64,000 nucleotides of DNA from Nitrosopumilus sp. (GCA_965205425.1 CBDBGZ010000009.1:224001-288000), one strand, 5' to 3'. Shown: positions 11,311 through 23,331, numbered from the stretch's first letter. Program-made: numbers and translations. Notes: generated from the letters alone by a model not told the origin.

Positions 11311-11333
11311 CTTCAACAAATTGTAGAAAAAAT

Positions 11334-12179
11334 ATGGCTGTTGGTTCAGATATTGAATGGACAGAAGCTACTTGGAATCCCACTAGTGGATGTAATAAAA
11401 TTTCTCTTGGATGTAAAAACTGCTATGCTGAAACATTAACTAAAAGACTCAAAGCTATGGGGCAACAAAAATACAAAAAAGGCTTTCAATATGTTGAACA
11501 CCCTTCTGATGTCAATCTACCATTAACCTGGAAAAAACCTCGTAAAATATTTGTAAATAGTATGTCGGACTTGTTCCATGAAAATTCTTCGTTTGAGTTT
11601 ACTGGAAAATGTTTTGCAACAATGATTCAAGCCGATCAACATGATTATCAAATTCTTACAAAACGACCTAAACGTATGGCTGAGTTTTCTAACTTATTTT
11701 TCAAATATTTTGGTCACAAAATTCCTAACTTTATGTGGATGGGTGTAAGTGTTGAAAACCATGATTACATATCCAGAATTAATGAATTAAAAAAAGTCAA
11801 ATGTAATACTCGCTTCATAAGCTTTGAACCTTTGATAGGTCCTGTGGGAAAAGTAAATCTCAAAGGAATCGATTGGGCCATTATTGGTGGCGAAAGTGGT
11901 CATCATTATCGTACTGTTGAAAAAGAATGGATATTGGATATCATTGAACAATGTAAAAATCAAAACGTTCCAGTATTTTTCAAACAATGGGGTGGCTTTA
12001 GGCCAAAATCGGGAGGCAGAATAATCAACCGTAGAAAATATAGTGAATACCCAAAGATATCTAAAAAGAATTCATTAAAGGACATTCATTTTGATGATGT
12101 TGCATTTGCAGAATTATGTTTGAAACATGAATCTGAAAAATTAAAACTACAGCAACAAAACAAAATACCTGCTAATTAA
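11334..12179 (+). CDS. DUF5131 (phage Gp37/Gp68-like) protein
   Basis: IEWTEATWNPTSGC..S.GC.NCYA, IFVNSMSDLFHE, FISFEPLIG, GGESG, FFKQWGG. Confidence 0.93.
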   Translation: MAVGSDIEWTEATWNPTSGCNKISLGCKNCYAETLTKRLKAMGQQKYKKGFQYVEHPSDVNLPLTWKKPRKIFVNSMSDLFHENSSFEFTGKCFATMIQADQHDYQILTKRPKRMAEFSNLFFKYFGHKIPNFMWMGVSVENHDYISRINELKKVKCNTRFISFEPLIGPVGKVNLKGIDWAIIGGESGHHYRTVEKEWILDIIEQCKNQNVPVFFKQWGGFRPKSGGRIINRRKYSEYPKISKKNSLKDIHFDDVAFAELCLKHESEKLKLQQQNKIPAN

Positions 12180-12180
12180 T

Positions 12181-12213
12181 TGAGACTTGGGCATAATGAT
12201 TTACAAAAATAAA
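12181..12213 (-). mobile_element. Solo TIR of IS type A
   Basis: TGAGACTTGGGCATAATGATTTACAAAAATAA. Confidence 0.8.
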
Positions 12214-12264
12214 AACTATTCAACAGCAAAGCAGGGATTGGAGATGATTTCGTATGGGAGAATT

Positions 12265-12492
12265 TTACGAATTTCTACGTTTTATAACAAAAACAATAAC
12301 TATGGATATAGATAACAATATGCTAAAAAATACAAAAGATACAGAATTATATCTTATATCACATCTTTGTAAATCAGAGTTCCAATACAAAAAATCAATA
12401 TCACGATTGCAATCATAAACAAATTCTAGTTCTGCAAAAGCAGATTGATTGCATAGCACCAACAAACTGATACAAATTAAAATTTTTAACAA
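12265..12492 (-). CDS. Small partner protein (signal peptide, Cys pair, C-terminal TM)
   Basis: Hydrophobic termini; directly downstream of 12508-13452 after a T-rich spacer. Confidence 0.65.
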   Translation of the reverse strand: MLKILICISLLVLCNQSAFAELEFVYDCNRDIDFLYWNSDLQRCDIRYNSVSFVFFSILLSISIVIVFVIKRRNS

Positions 12493-12507
12493 AATAAAAA
12501 AGAAGGG

Positions 12508-13452
12508 TTAACCACTAACCGTTATTAATGATTCTAGGTGTGTAGTAGTACTTGCGGAACTGCCAGCATTAATGCCAGTAATTTTAGAATCTTGTGCACA
12601 AAAACCTGCAGTACTACCAGATAAGGAAGTGTCATAAGATTTTGAATAAGACCATGTTTCTTGACCTAAAACATTTTCCTGCTCAAAATCTACATCAAAA
12701 GCAAAGTTGACAGTACTATGTGCAACACTTTCATTCAAACAAATCTTTCCCAAATGTTCAGATAGAAAAGACAAAGGTACGAATGTGACATTAGCATATG
12801 ATATAGTATCACCACCCCAGACTATACTTTTTTCAGAACAGTATAGAGGAATAGGGAGGAATATCAAATCCTGAATACATGGATAAAAAATCTCAGATTG
12901 ATTTTTTAAACTTACATCATCTGTATGTATTTTGTATGTGTTTGATAACTTGTCAAGATAAGAGACTTTGTTTGTTTCGTTATCTTCAAGTTGTCTAGTT
13001 GCCTCTGTTACTCTATCAGACCAATATTCTTTATTTTGATCTAATCTATCTTTAGACACAACTCCTAAGAGTTCGAGGTCAAAGATTGCAGAATGTAGAA
13101 ATTTAGTTTCTTCAACAGTATTTTCACCAAGTGCTTTTGCTTTATGTAAAGCAAGTATTGTATCGCTTAAAACTTCAAGTCCATCATTTACAGCTTGATC
13201 ATATGGTGAAAGATTATCTCTTGATTCGATAAACTTTATCACATATTGCTGTTGTTGAGTAGAATTAAAATTTTGGAAATCATCAGATTGTTTGAGAACT
13301 TCCAAATAAACAGAATCTACATTACCAACTGGTCCTATATCATTTGTAAAGTCTTCTTCACCGGGTTCACCTTGAGCAAAAGTATCGCTCATTGCTACAG
13401 GAACAAACAAAATTAGCATCAAAAACGGTAGCGTATATTTTATGTTATTCAT
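12508..13452 (-). CDS. Secreted protein of the G[PS]VG-leader family
   Basis: Signal peptide then FAQGEPGEEDFTNDIGPVGNV, helical middle, Cys-containing beta-rich C-terminus. Confidence 0.8.
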   Translation of the reverse strand: MNNIKYTLPFLMLILFVPVAMSDTFAQGEPGEEDFTNDIGPVGNVDSVYLEVLKQSDDFQNFNSTQQQQYVIKFIESRDNLSPYDQAVNDGLEVLSDTILALHKAKALGENTVEETKFLHSAIFDLELLGVVSKDRLDQNKEYWSDRVTEATRQLEDNETNKVSYLDKLSNTYKIHTDDVSLKNQSEIFYPCIQDLIFLPIPLYCSEKSIVWGGDTISYANVTFVPLSFLSEHLGKICLNESVAHSTVNFAFDVDFEQENVLGQETWSYSKSYDTSLSGSTAGFCAQDSKITGINAGSSASTTTHLESLITVSG

Positions 13453-14200
13453 ATTATTGTGTCACTATCGAAATTATCAATATTTATACGGTACTATCAT
13501 TTCATGGATACAAAACAAGGCTCTAAATACCTAAAATTAATGCATGTCTGGGAGAATCCTGGAATGAAATTAAATTTAATTCTACGAATTGATTCGTTAT
13601 GATGAAAAGTTAATTTCATTTGAATAAATTTGAAATATGAGGGGGGACCAGTCCTGGAATGAAAAAATTATTTTATTTGCCATTAAAATTAATTTTGACG
13701 TGCAAGGAAAATGCAGAGTGAGATAAGGATGTAAAATATCAATTAATTTTAATCGTGGAATAGGTTTAATTTTAATTCTGGGATGAATTTATCTTTAATT
13801 TTAATCTTTGAATTAAAAGTTTGCAGATCTAAAGTATAGTTTTAAAGTATAGTTTTAAACTGTTATTCTAAACTGTGAATCTAGATTGGGGATGTGTTAA
13901 ATTGATGTTAAATTATTGTTGTTCAACTGAAATATTTGACTTTGATTAAAATTTAAAATGAAACTGAAATTAATCAATAATCAAATTAATTACGGTAGCA
14001 GAAAATTAAGATTAGAGAAAAAAAAGTAAACGGTTAAAGTTAATTGGACGGGAGCAGAAAAAATGAGGAATTTGCGGACTGTGATGAATTTCGGGTATGA
14101 TATTTTTGCGATCAACGATTAATTGATGTGTATGGATTTGATAGTTTTGTCTTGATTTGCTGTCTTTGGATTTAATTCTGTTTGATTGATTCAACAGTTC

Positions 14201-14391
14201 TTCTCTGTACTCTCTCTGCATCCTCTGTACTCTCTCTGCATCCTCTGTACTCTCTCTGCATCCTCTGTACTCTCTCTGTATCCTCTGTACTCTCTCTGTA
14301 TCCTCTGTACTCTCTCTGTATCCTCTGTACTCTCTCTGTATCCTCTGTACTCTCTCTGTACTCTCTCTGTATCCTCTGTACTCTCTCTGTA
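14201..14391. repeat. Tandem repeat, 20-bp unit TCCTCTGTACTCTCTCTGYA, about 9.5 copies
   Basis: Eight consecutive units, an 11-bp partial unit, one more unit; no spacers. Confidence 0.97.
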
Positions 14392-14460
14392 TTGTTGTAC
14401 GGTTTAGTCTTCTCTGGATAGTTTTGGTATTTGTTGTGTGTAAATGGTTATGAGGTATTA

Positions 14461-15006
14461 CTATTCATAGTATATCACTGCAACATCGACTCTTGGCTGG
14501 TTGTATGCCCTATGATTAATTGTTACTCCAAATTCATCTACATGTAAATGGGACTCTGCAGAGTCTGGTGCTGTGATGAGTAGTGTCGTACCATCATGAG
14601 ATATTGCTACTGAACCGTAATACATGTGGCGTGGGATAGAGCTGTATGTTATTCCAGCATACTCTGAATTGCATTGCTCAAGTGAGAATTCTACTGTGGT
14701 GCCAAGCTGAACCTGTACACTGCACGAATCAGTTGTAATTGATTCTAGTGTAAATATTGAATCTTGTGGAACTGTTATTTCAAAGGATGTCTCAGCAGAG
14801 TTGCCCGAGTCATCAGTTGCAATACAATAGATGGTGGTTTGTCCTGTATTGTGTATGTTAGATGGATTGCAACTCATTGATACGTCCTCATCTACACTAT
14901 CAGTTGCAGTGGGTTTGAGATAATCTATTGGAAATACCAGATTATTTCCTGAAATGATATCCTCAGATACGCCTGCAAATACCGGAGGGGTTGTATCTAC
15001 AACAAT
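14461..15006 (-). pseudogene. HYR-domain protein C-terminal fragment, truncated by IS110
   Basis: IVVDTTPPVF...ATDSVDEDVSMSC...ATDDSGNSAETSFEITV; 5' part missing. Confidence 0.8.
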
Positions 15007-15008
15007 TA

Positions 15009-15236
15009 TCTATGTGAAATCTTTAAAAACATTTGCACTCTTTTGCAACACATGAGAATGGCTACCGCTAGAGATGATCCCATTCATTTTCAAAAGATGA
15101 AACCGGACACATATCTATTCGAGGATCTCCCTCAGTACCATTCTTCATCCATTTATCAGAACCATGCCGCAGTTACAAAACGAGGATCTCCCTCAATGTG
15201 TTTAACGAGGATTATAGTTCTGATCATAATGTTTCA
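15009..15236 (-). ncRNA. Putative bridge/seek RNA of IS110 variant C
   Basis: Two GAGG..CCTC hairpin units; TTGTAAC matches own left flank; ATAGATATGTG matches the end-to-end junction. Confidence 0.75.
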
Positions 15237-16347
15237 TTATGCATTTTTGATGCACTGGTAAAATGTCATGTTGTTTTTTAACATCCAGTAAATTATTCTC
15301 AACAGTTTGGATGCTGCTGCCACTGCAGCTTTTGATGTCCCCCTCTTTTTTGCAAGACGTTTGTAAAAATTTGTAATGGTGCTGTTTTTTGCATATCTTA
15401 CATGAGAATGTACTGCCTCCACCAGAACCCAGCGTAACATGCTACTTCCTCTTCTTGTTATGGACCCATGGCGTATGGTGTCAGCTGAGTTTCTCACCGA
15501 TGGTACAATTCCTGCATATGAACACAGTTTGTGAGAATCTGAAAATCTTTCGATATTGTCAATTTCAGAGGATATGGTTAATGCAGTAAATCTTCCAACA
15601 CCAGGTATTGATTCTAAGAGTTGTGCGTTAGAATCATGTTTTAGAGCATCCTTGATTCTCATGTCTGACTCTGCGATTCTATCATTGATTGATATTATCA
15701 TCTTGAGATATCCATCTATTCGATAGTCATCTAATCCCAACAGTTTGTGCACATATGAATCAGAAAATGCAGTTCCTGGTATCTTGATTGCATTTTGTAA
15801 GGTTATACTGTGAATCAAATTTTTCATCCTTGTCCTGTTGCGGACTAGTTTGGTTCTATATCTCACCAGTTGTCTTGTTTGCACGGTATCTTTTTCTGGT
15901 ACATGACAAGATGAGATGTATCCTCCTCTTAGCAAATCTGCCAAGATGTGAGCATCAATCTTGTCAGTTTTTTTCTTTGATGCTGCAATTGCTTTTGTGT
16001 GATATGGGTTTGATAGTATTACATCAAATCCTAGTTCGTCTCGCAGAAACCTAAACACGCCATACCAGACAGATGATGATTCCATTACACATTTTGAGTT
16101 TTTTGGGATTGCAGAAAATGCTTTTTTGATATCCCCTCTGGTGTTTGTAATTTTTTCATTGAATAATGTATGTCCTTTATCATCCATTGTTTCGACCTGT
16201 AAGAATTCTTTGTGCAAATCAATTCCGACATAGGTCATGGGTTTTGTCTTTCTAGTCCTAATGATTTTCTTTGGTTTTTTCTTGGAGGTGTATCTTTTAG
16301 AAACTATAGAATCAGCAGTACCATCTAAATTTCGTTGTTTATTCACA
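15009..16347 (-). mobile_element. IS110-family (IS1111-like) element variant C; recombinase 15237-16346
   Basis: VGIDLHK, VMESS, KKTDKIDA (DEDD), SIPGVG, AGIVPSVRNS; TA core at 15007-08 and 16348-49; ends TGTG...CACATAGA. Confidence 0.95.
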
Positions 16348-16352
16348 TATGG

Positions 16353-16568
16353 TTACAATTTGTATACTAGAACAAACAATCCGAATCCAGGTAACACTAC
16401 AAATGTCATAATCGTGATAGGTATATCCATCCAACAATTACTTCTATCTGCATTTGGACTCCATGTTGGATACAAACAAGCATCAGTTGGATATTGCGCG
16501 TACAGTATGATAGATACAAAGAAAGACAAAAGTAAAAAAATAGTAGATAATATTAGAAATTTGCTCAT
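16353..16568 (-). CDS. Small two-TM partner protein with Cys pair
   Basis: Two hydrophobic helices around a C..C loop; follows the protease gene. Confidence 0.65.
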   Translation of the reverse strand: MSKFLILSTIFLLLSFFVSIILYAQYPTDACLYPTWSPNADRSNCWMDIPITIMTFVVLPGFGLFVLVYKL

Positions 16569-16593
16569 TTTAGATACAAAAGAGTGATTGGCA

Positions 16594-19500
16594 TTATTGG
16601 ATTCTCAAACTTTTTGCGATGTTAGGCCATGGACTGAATATTTTGAAAACCTCTATACAGTTACCATATGGATCTCTAACCTCGTAATGTATAGTATTGA
16701 CATCTATGACACAAGAACCGCCTGCTACAATGCCAAGCATAGTGGATGTACCATTTCCATGATTTATAATACTTTGTTTCCCAACCCCAAATAACCATCA
16801 ACACTCTTTGATGCTTTGAAATCATTTCTGATTCTATTGCATTGCAATCATTTTATTGTACAGACAAACTTTCATTTTCAATTCATGAATCATGTTTTCT
16901 CTCTTGTGCGATGTCACATGCTCTCCAAATATTCTTTTGAATACAGAGAATACTCCCTCTACAATCCATCTATCCCCATAGCTTACGCTGAGCTTCCATA
17001 GATCCAAGTTATACAATTGTGCCAAAACGGACTTTCTCCGAGGATAACAATCAGTTACAACTGATGAGTTTTTTCTTGTTTTAATTGCAGGTAGAATATC
17101 ATTATCATAATACAGATATGAAAAATTATCCTTTGTATCATATGCACCATCAGCCAAAGTTTTAGTGACATTGCCAAACTGTTTTGATTGCTCAACTAGC
17201 GATATGAAATGTTTTGAATCATGTGACTTGTCATCTGTAATATCAATCCCTGTGATCTGTTTAGATTTCACATCTACTGCCACATGAATTTTAAGAAATC
17301 CTCTTCTCTTCTGCCATTTCTGTCTCATCCACTCACCTCTGTTTGCAACCTTGATTCCAGTTGAGTCTATTGCAATGACAATGTCTTTTCCTAGTTTTGG
17401 ATTCATCTTGATGTCAAGTTTGTTGACACGTTTCCAAATGGCAGAATATGTGGGAGTCTTTGTTTTGGATTGGAGGTGTGATTTTATCAGACCTTCTGTT
17501 TGTCTGAATGGAAGATGCAAATAGAGATGACAGTATCCTAGTGCCTCCATGAAGGATTCAGGATAGACAAATCGATGACCTTCCTTTTTGTGATTCATCT
17601 CTTTTAGTTCCATACTCCATGATTCCATTGCGTCAAAGGACAACATGATTTCTCCACGTCTAACTAGTGTTTTGTTGTAATTTTTCCAGTTTCTGTTCAT
17701 GGAATAATACAGAATATTCTGATCTAAAGCTTGGGTGATGAAATTAATTGGATCAACTAGTCATGTTGGGAAACACAGCAATTTATAAAAATAGGCCCCC
17801 CACTATCTCCTTTTTGAGAAGGATATGTAGCTGATACTTGTTCAGTTAAGACATGTGTTTCTAATGACACAGTTACGTTGGTGTAAGAAATGTGACCGAT
17901 ACCATCATTATGTCTTGCAGATATTTCTACTTCTGTACCCCGACTAAAATCATCTAATCCGCCAAAATCAATCACCTGAATAGTTCCATTATTGGTTTGC
18001 AATTCATTTATTTTTGGTGTTATGTTGTCATTAGATATTTCGATCAATACTGCATCAGAATTTGTAGAACTACCCATACTTACATTTGAATCTGACAATA
18101 TTGTCGAACCTATTTCTGGTAGGATTAGGGACAAAGTATCTGTATCAAGACTTACTACTCTGTACAAGCTAGTTAGATGTATGTTATGTGATGCAGTTAA
18201 TAGTGCAGGTGTTCCAGTATAATTTAGAATCAACCCTGCTGTTCCTTGTGAACCTGTAATATGTAAAGGGTTATTTCCAAATATTCTGATGGCATCCCCT
18301 CCACGTAATTCATGTGTCTGTTCATCTTCCGGACATCCATAGTTGCCATCACCTGCCTCATCAGGGCACTGGTCTATCCCGTCATGGAACCCGTCACCGT
18401 CTGCAGGCCTGCCATCAGTTACGGTAATGGTAAATGATTCACTTGCCCTGTTTCCAGCAGCATCAGCTGCATTGCAACTCACTGTTGTTACCCCGATTTG
18501 GAAATAACCAGTACTGTGTGAACATGTAACATTTACAGTGCCATCTATACTATCAGTTGCAGTTACATCAAACTCTGCATAATACCCAAGAGAACTACGA
18601 GGAACTCCAGTAATGTCTGCGGGTATCACAATTACTGGAGGTGCTGTGTCTGCAGGTGTTATATCTTGATCATCATTTTCAACCTTTAGTATTATATTGT
18701 CAATTCCAAACTTGTTATCCTCATCTGCAATTTGTGCAGTTATTCTCATCTTAAATGAGGCAGTATCATCAAGTCTCAGCGTATGCTGTTGCCACAGACT
18801 ATCCCCGCTGGTCCATTTGAACTTTTCAGTCCATGCGCTTCCATCATAAACTTCAACTTTGAGCCAGTCATCACTTTCAAAGTCATCATCAATTAGTTTC
18901 CAAAATGTCAAAGTTATATGGTCATATCCTGATATGTCGATACCCTCACGCATTGTAATGGTACAAGGCTCACATTCATCATCATTTGTTGCAACATCAT
19001 TTGTAATAGTATGTCATGGAATCACCCCGTAATTAGAACCCAGGTCATCATCCTCAATGTCATCCCCGCTTGTATTCCAGTTTCTCATGTTGCTAAATTC
19101 CTCTAGAAATATTGTGTATGCTCCAAGGTCTGCCGGATTGATGCCATTGCCAATTAGTATATTGGCATAGGCTTTGCATACATTGATGAATCCTGGCAAT
19201 ACGTCAGGTGTGCAGTTTGCCTCATAGTATGTTTGGGCAGGTGATGAGGTTTCTGCAATAAACTCTGCATATACTATCTTAATTGGCGCACCAGTTTCCA
19301 AGGCATGCTGTATCTCATTTACATTGTATTTGATACCTGCCACTGCAGCCATCGGATGCATGCCTACGACAAGTATTTTTTCTTCCTCATCAACATATGT
19401 TATGGTAAACGGATAGTCATGCTCATAGCTTCCTGCAGAATGTCCCTCCATGATTCCCGTCAAATCTGAATGCGCCTTGTATAACTCGCTGACTATACCT

Positions 19501-19682
19501 ACAGGACCTACCGTACCATCATCAAAGAGGAAATCATCAGGTGTGGTGGTTGTAGCACTGGTGGCATTAAGATTATCATTGGCACTCTGGGCAAAAGATA
19601 TCATATCATTTTCAGCAGTCGCGATAACAATCATTGAAAATATCAAAACCGCAAACATTACAGTCTTTATTTTATTATTCAC
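16594..19682 (-). pseudogene. Secreted multidomain trypsin-like serine protease (G[PS]VG leader, beta-sandwich, HYR, TSP3-like repeat, S1 domain), disrupted
   Basis: In-frame TGA at 19014-16; IS at 16770-17780; removing the IS restores GDSGGPIFINHGNGTSTMLGIVAGG; LTASH and GDSGGP catalytic motifs. Confidence 0.88.
16770..17780 (-). mobile_element. IS5-family IS903-like element; transposase 16834-17700
   Basis: NWKNYNKTLVRRG, AIDSTGIKV, ADGAYD; imperfect 16-bp IR; 8-bp target duplication ATTTATAA (16762-69, 17781-88). Confidence 0.93.
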
Positions 19683-19736
19683 AATCACTTTAATACTACA
19701 CAAATTGATTCTATTTATAATTTGTATCCATGTGGT

Positions 19737-20700
19737 GGCCTTGTAGAAACCATGATAAAATAACAAAATCTAATTTTCTAATCCTGTAGGAATTGTATGC
19801 AATTAACCTGTACAACATCTCATTGTCCTGAGTTGTAACATTTCTTGATGTGACATCTCCTGACATTATCTGTTTGATCACAAAAAAGATTGTTTCAGAT
19901 TTGTTTCTCTGATGGTACAATTGTACAGGAAAGTTCCTCTTCATCTCCTTTCTGTGAATTCCGCTGGTTCTGTAAATTGGAACTGTTCCATATCGAGTTG
20001 GAATTATTGCAGCTGTGTTGATCTGTTCTGCACCGACATGGTTATTCTCATCATCAAAACCCATGTCACCTAACACAATATCAACTGGAACAATATTGTT
20101 GGTTTTGTACAACAATGGCAGAAAATCAGGATTATCATGTTGTGGTGTGTCATGACACAGCAAACAAGCTGTGTATTCATGTCAGCACAAACAACAACTT
20201 TTAGGAAATTCCTGCGTAACTGTACTCTTTTTGTATAATAGTATGATGCTGTACTGTAACTGAATCCGCTACCATCAATTCCAGCTAGAACCAGTCTGAC
20301 TTTTTTGTACAAAATGAATTCCTGCAACATTTTATGTAACAGATTTCCTTCCAGTCTTGCAGCTGCCTTTTGTAGTGTGGTGTAATGTGGAATGGTATAC
20401 AAACCAAGATATTCCTGAATTCCTACACATTCTTCTAAAAATTCTGTAAATCTTCTATAACTCTTTGATTCGTACTGTCGTATTGTCAAGAGTATGAGAT
20501 GTGTCCAAACAGAATAGATATGATTTGATTTTGGATGTAAGAACCTGGGAATTCTGCATCTGGTGATTATATTGAGTAGTGTTTTGCACATTTTGACGTA
20601 TGATGAGACCATACTGTAATCTGCAAATACAATCCTAATGGATCTAAATTAGCTAAAATGTATCACAATTGGGTTAAAATCAGATGGTTTCTACAAGGCC
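19737..20700 (-). mobile_element. IS5-family type B, copy 2, frameshifted
   Basis: Same TIRs as copy 1; a 7-bp deletion near 20140 splits the ORF. Confidence 0.93.
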
Positions 20701-20744
20701 GATATAACAAGTGTTCCAAAACAGATGATGAGAATGATAGACAA

Positions 20745-21035
20745 TTAATCCATCAAACAAGGTAGATAGTAATGACCATTACTGGGCAGAGTCCAACATT
20801 GATCAAACATATCCTCATATATCACGTTTTCAGTTATGAGTATACCATGTTCGTCTTCAATTCTACAATTGGTTGGTGATTGTAAGAAGTGTTCGTCACA
20901 ACGTATGACATATTTTGCATCTTTTAGAAATTGTGGAGTATCTATGGAATCATAAAATGTAATTTGTATTAATGTAATAATTAATATAAAAAATAATACA
21001 ACTAAAACTATTACAAAGTTACGTTTTGATATCAT
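20745..21035 (-). CDS. Small membrane-anchored Cys-containing partner protein
   Basis: N-terminal TM, four Cys; 15 bp downstream of 21050. Confidence 0.7.
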   Translation of the reverse strand: MISKRNFVIVLVVLFFILIITLIQITFYDSIDTPQFLKDAKYVIRCDEHFLQSPTNCRIEDEHGILITENVIYEDMFDQCWTLPSNGHYYLPCLMD

Positions 21036-21049
21036 AAAAAAAATTGGTG

Positions 21050-21868
21050 TTAGTTAGTATAGTGCCACAAAGCTGTATATACATCCCACCAAAAAGTAGG
21101 AGAATCATATGTGTCTAGCTCAGGATTTGGCTCATTTAGCTGTTGTAAAGTATGCCATCCATTACTAATTACACTGCCATAGTGATGAGTTGTAGTATTC
21201 GAATAGATAAAATTCTCATCTCTAAATTCTCCTTCATTACAACCACCAACCCCAGTTAGGTTTTTCTTCCCATAATCATAACCTACACTATCACGATCTG
21301 CCCAAGGATGTTGGATTTGATGATATCCGCTAGCAACAAGTGAATTTTGAATACTTTGTAGATCATCAAAACCATCCTTGTTTACAGTTTTGGAAGGATT
21401 AAGATGTGATGTTTGTCCATATGTTATGCCACAAGCATTAAGTGACCAAAACCAGACACTTGTTTGACCTGAAGCACCACCTTGTGGAGTAGTTGTTGTA
21501 GCATTTGTTAGCAAACTAAACTTGCCAGATTGTGCTTTTGTCATTACATTATCTATGTCAGTTTGATCACCAGTTTTTATCACCTCGGTAATCTTATTGT
21601 TTAGTTTTGCCCATTGTTTCATGATTTTGATGTCATCACGTGATACGCTATCTTTACGCATCTGTTTTTTATCAACAACCATGTTACCTTCAGAATCATA
21701 TGTGACATAACCTTTGGAATTTGTAAATGCCTTATCTATTTCAGCTAGTGTGTATGGTTCTTTTGCAGCTTCTGCTGATTGTATTCCTGATTCACTATTA
21801 AATGGTAGAATCATCACAGCAATCAAAGTAGCAAACAATATAGTCTGTAATTTTGTTACGTTTTTCAT
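21050..21868 (-). CDS. Secreted protein (TILFATLIAVMILPF leader), Thr/Gly linker, distinct C-terminal domain
   Basis: Signal peptide resembles that of 57357-58283; start taken at MKNVTK. Confidence 0.8.
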   Translation of the reverse strand: MKNVTKLQTILFATLIAVMILPFNSESGIQSAEAAKEPYTLAEIDKAFTNSKGYVTYDSEGNMVVDKKQMRKDSVSRDDIKIMKQWAKLNNKITEVIKTGDQTDIDNVMTKAQSGKFSLLTNATTTTPQGGASGQTSVWFWSLNACGITYGQTSHLNPSKTVNKDGFDDLQSIQNSLVASGYHQIQHPWADRDSVGYDYGKKNLTGVGGCNEGEFRDENFIYSNTTTHHYGSVISNGWHTLQQLNEPNPELDTYDSPTFWWDVYTALWHYTN

Positions 21869-22002
21869 ATCCTTATCAATAACGATTTTTGATGGCAATA
21901 AAAACGGTTCTGTGTAATCTAGGTGACCTGTTTTCTTCTGTGTAGTGGGGTGACCTGAGATTTTTTATGAATTGTTAGATGGGGGTGATAACCATAACCA
22001 TA

Positions 22003-23329
22003 TGTGCCAAAATCAGCTAGGAAATTAGATGGTACTTGCATTCGTATCAAGAAAGTAAGAAATGCAAACAAACACACTACCCTTCCTGAAAAAAAATATT
22101 TGATGTTTGTAGGATTGGATGTTCACAAGAACTCTGTACAGGTGGCAGCAGTAGATGAGATTGGCAAATTATTATTTAACAAAAAGATTTCCAGTGATTT
22201 TTCTGCTATTAGCAAAATTACATCCAAAATTCCAAAGAACGCAAAATATGTTTTAGAGTCATCATCTGTCTGGTATGGCCTTTATAGACACATGACAGAC
22301 AAATTACATCTTGATGTTATACTATCTAATCCATACAACACAAAGATAATAGCATCATCACTCAAAAAGACTGATAAAATTGATGCGTACCATCTTGCAA
22401 ATTTGCTACGAGGAGGATACATTGCAGAATCATTTGTGCCAGATCACACAATTGTGCAATACAGACAGCTTGTAAGACATCGACACAAGATTGTGCGCAT
22501 CATTGTAAAGATGAAGAATTCCATACATGGTATTACACTACAGGAGGGAATCCATATCAAAGCAACACCATTTTCCTCAGAACACATACGTGCACTTGGA
22601 AAATTGGAGAGTTATAGAATAGATTCGTACCTACAAAGCATAAAATTTCACAAAAAGGAGGTTGCAAAAATAGATTCCATGATACGTCGCATGGTAAATG
22701 ATAATCCTGACGTGTGTATTTTGACATCAATACCTGGAGTTGGACCATACACTGCATTGAGCATATTCTCAGAAATTGCAGAGATTAGTAGATTTTCAAA
22801 TTCTCGCAAGTTATGTGCATATGCAGGGATTGTTCCATCGGTGAGAAATTCTGCAGATACAATACATCACGGAAGAATTACAAAGAGAGGAAGCACCATG
22901 CTAAGATGGTTGCTAGTGGAGGCAATTCATGCACATGTTAGATGCGCACCAGATAGCGACATTACAAAATTTTACAATCGCATTAAGAAAAAGAGAGGGA
23001 CCTCAAAGGCAGCAGTTGCTGCTGCATCAAAGTTATTGCGTGTCATATATTGGATGCTAAAAGAGAGGAGAGAATTTATTCAATGTCATCAATAATTTGT
23101 AAAACATTACAGTTAGGAGTTTGGCCGCGTTTTCACATTGAGGATGCATAATACCTCGAAACTATAACCGCGGTTTCACCTAATAAATGGATGAAGATGG
23201 TACTGAGGGAGATCCTCGAATAGATATGTGTCCGGTTTCATCTTTTGAAAATGAATGGGATCATCTCTAGCGGTAGCCATTCTCATGTGTTGCAAAAGAG
23301 TGCAAATGTTTTTAAAGATTTCACATAGA
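22003..23329 (+). mobile_element. IS110-family variant A, copy 1; recombinase 22004-23095
   Basis: VGLDVHK, LESS, KKTDKIDA, SIPGVG; TA cores at 22001-02 and 23330-31. Confidence 0.95.
23096..23329 (+). ncRNA. Putative bridge/seek RNA of IS110 variant A
   Basis: TTAGG/CCTAA and GGCCGCG/CGCGGTT stems enclosing guides TTTTCACA (23130-37) and AACTATAACC (23160-69); donor match 23220-30. Confidence 0.8.
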
Positions 23330-23331
23330 TA

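Noticed and set aside
14201..14391. CRISPR array, or repeat-encoded proteins (ORFs 14182, 14186)
   Set aside because: No spacers and no cas genes; the ORFs are artefacts of a stop-free repeat
19014..19016. Selenocysteine or programmed readthrough at the in-frame TGA
   Set aside because: The gene is also IS-disrupted, neighbouring genes carry similar nonsense codons, and no SECIS is recognisable
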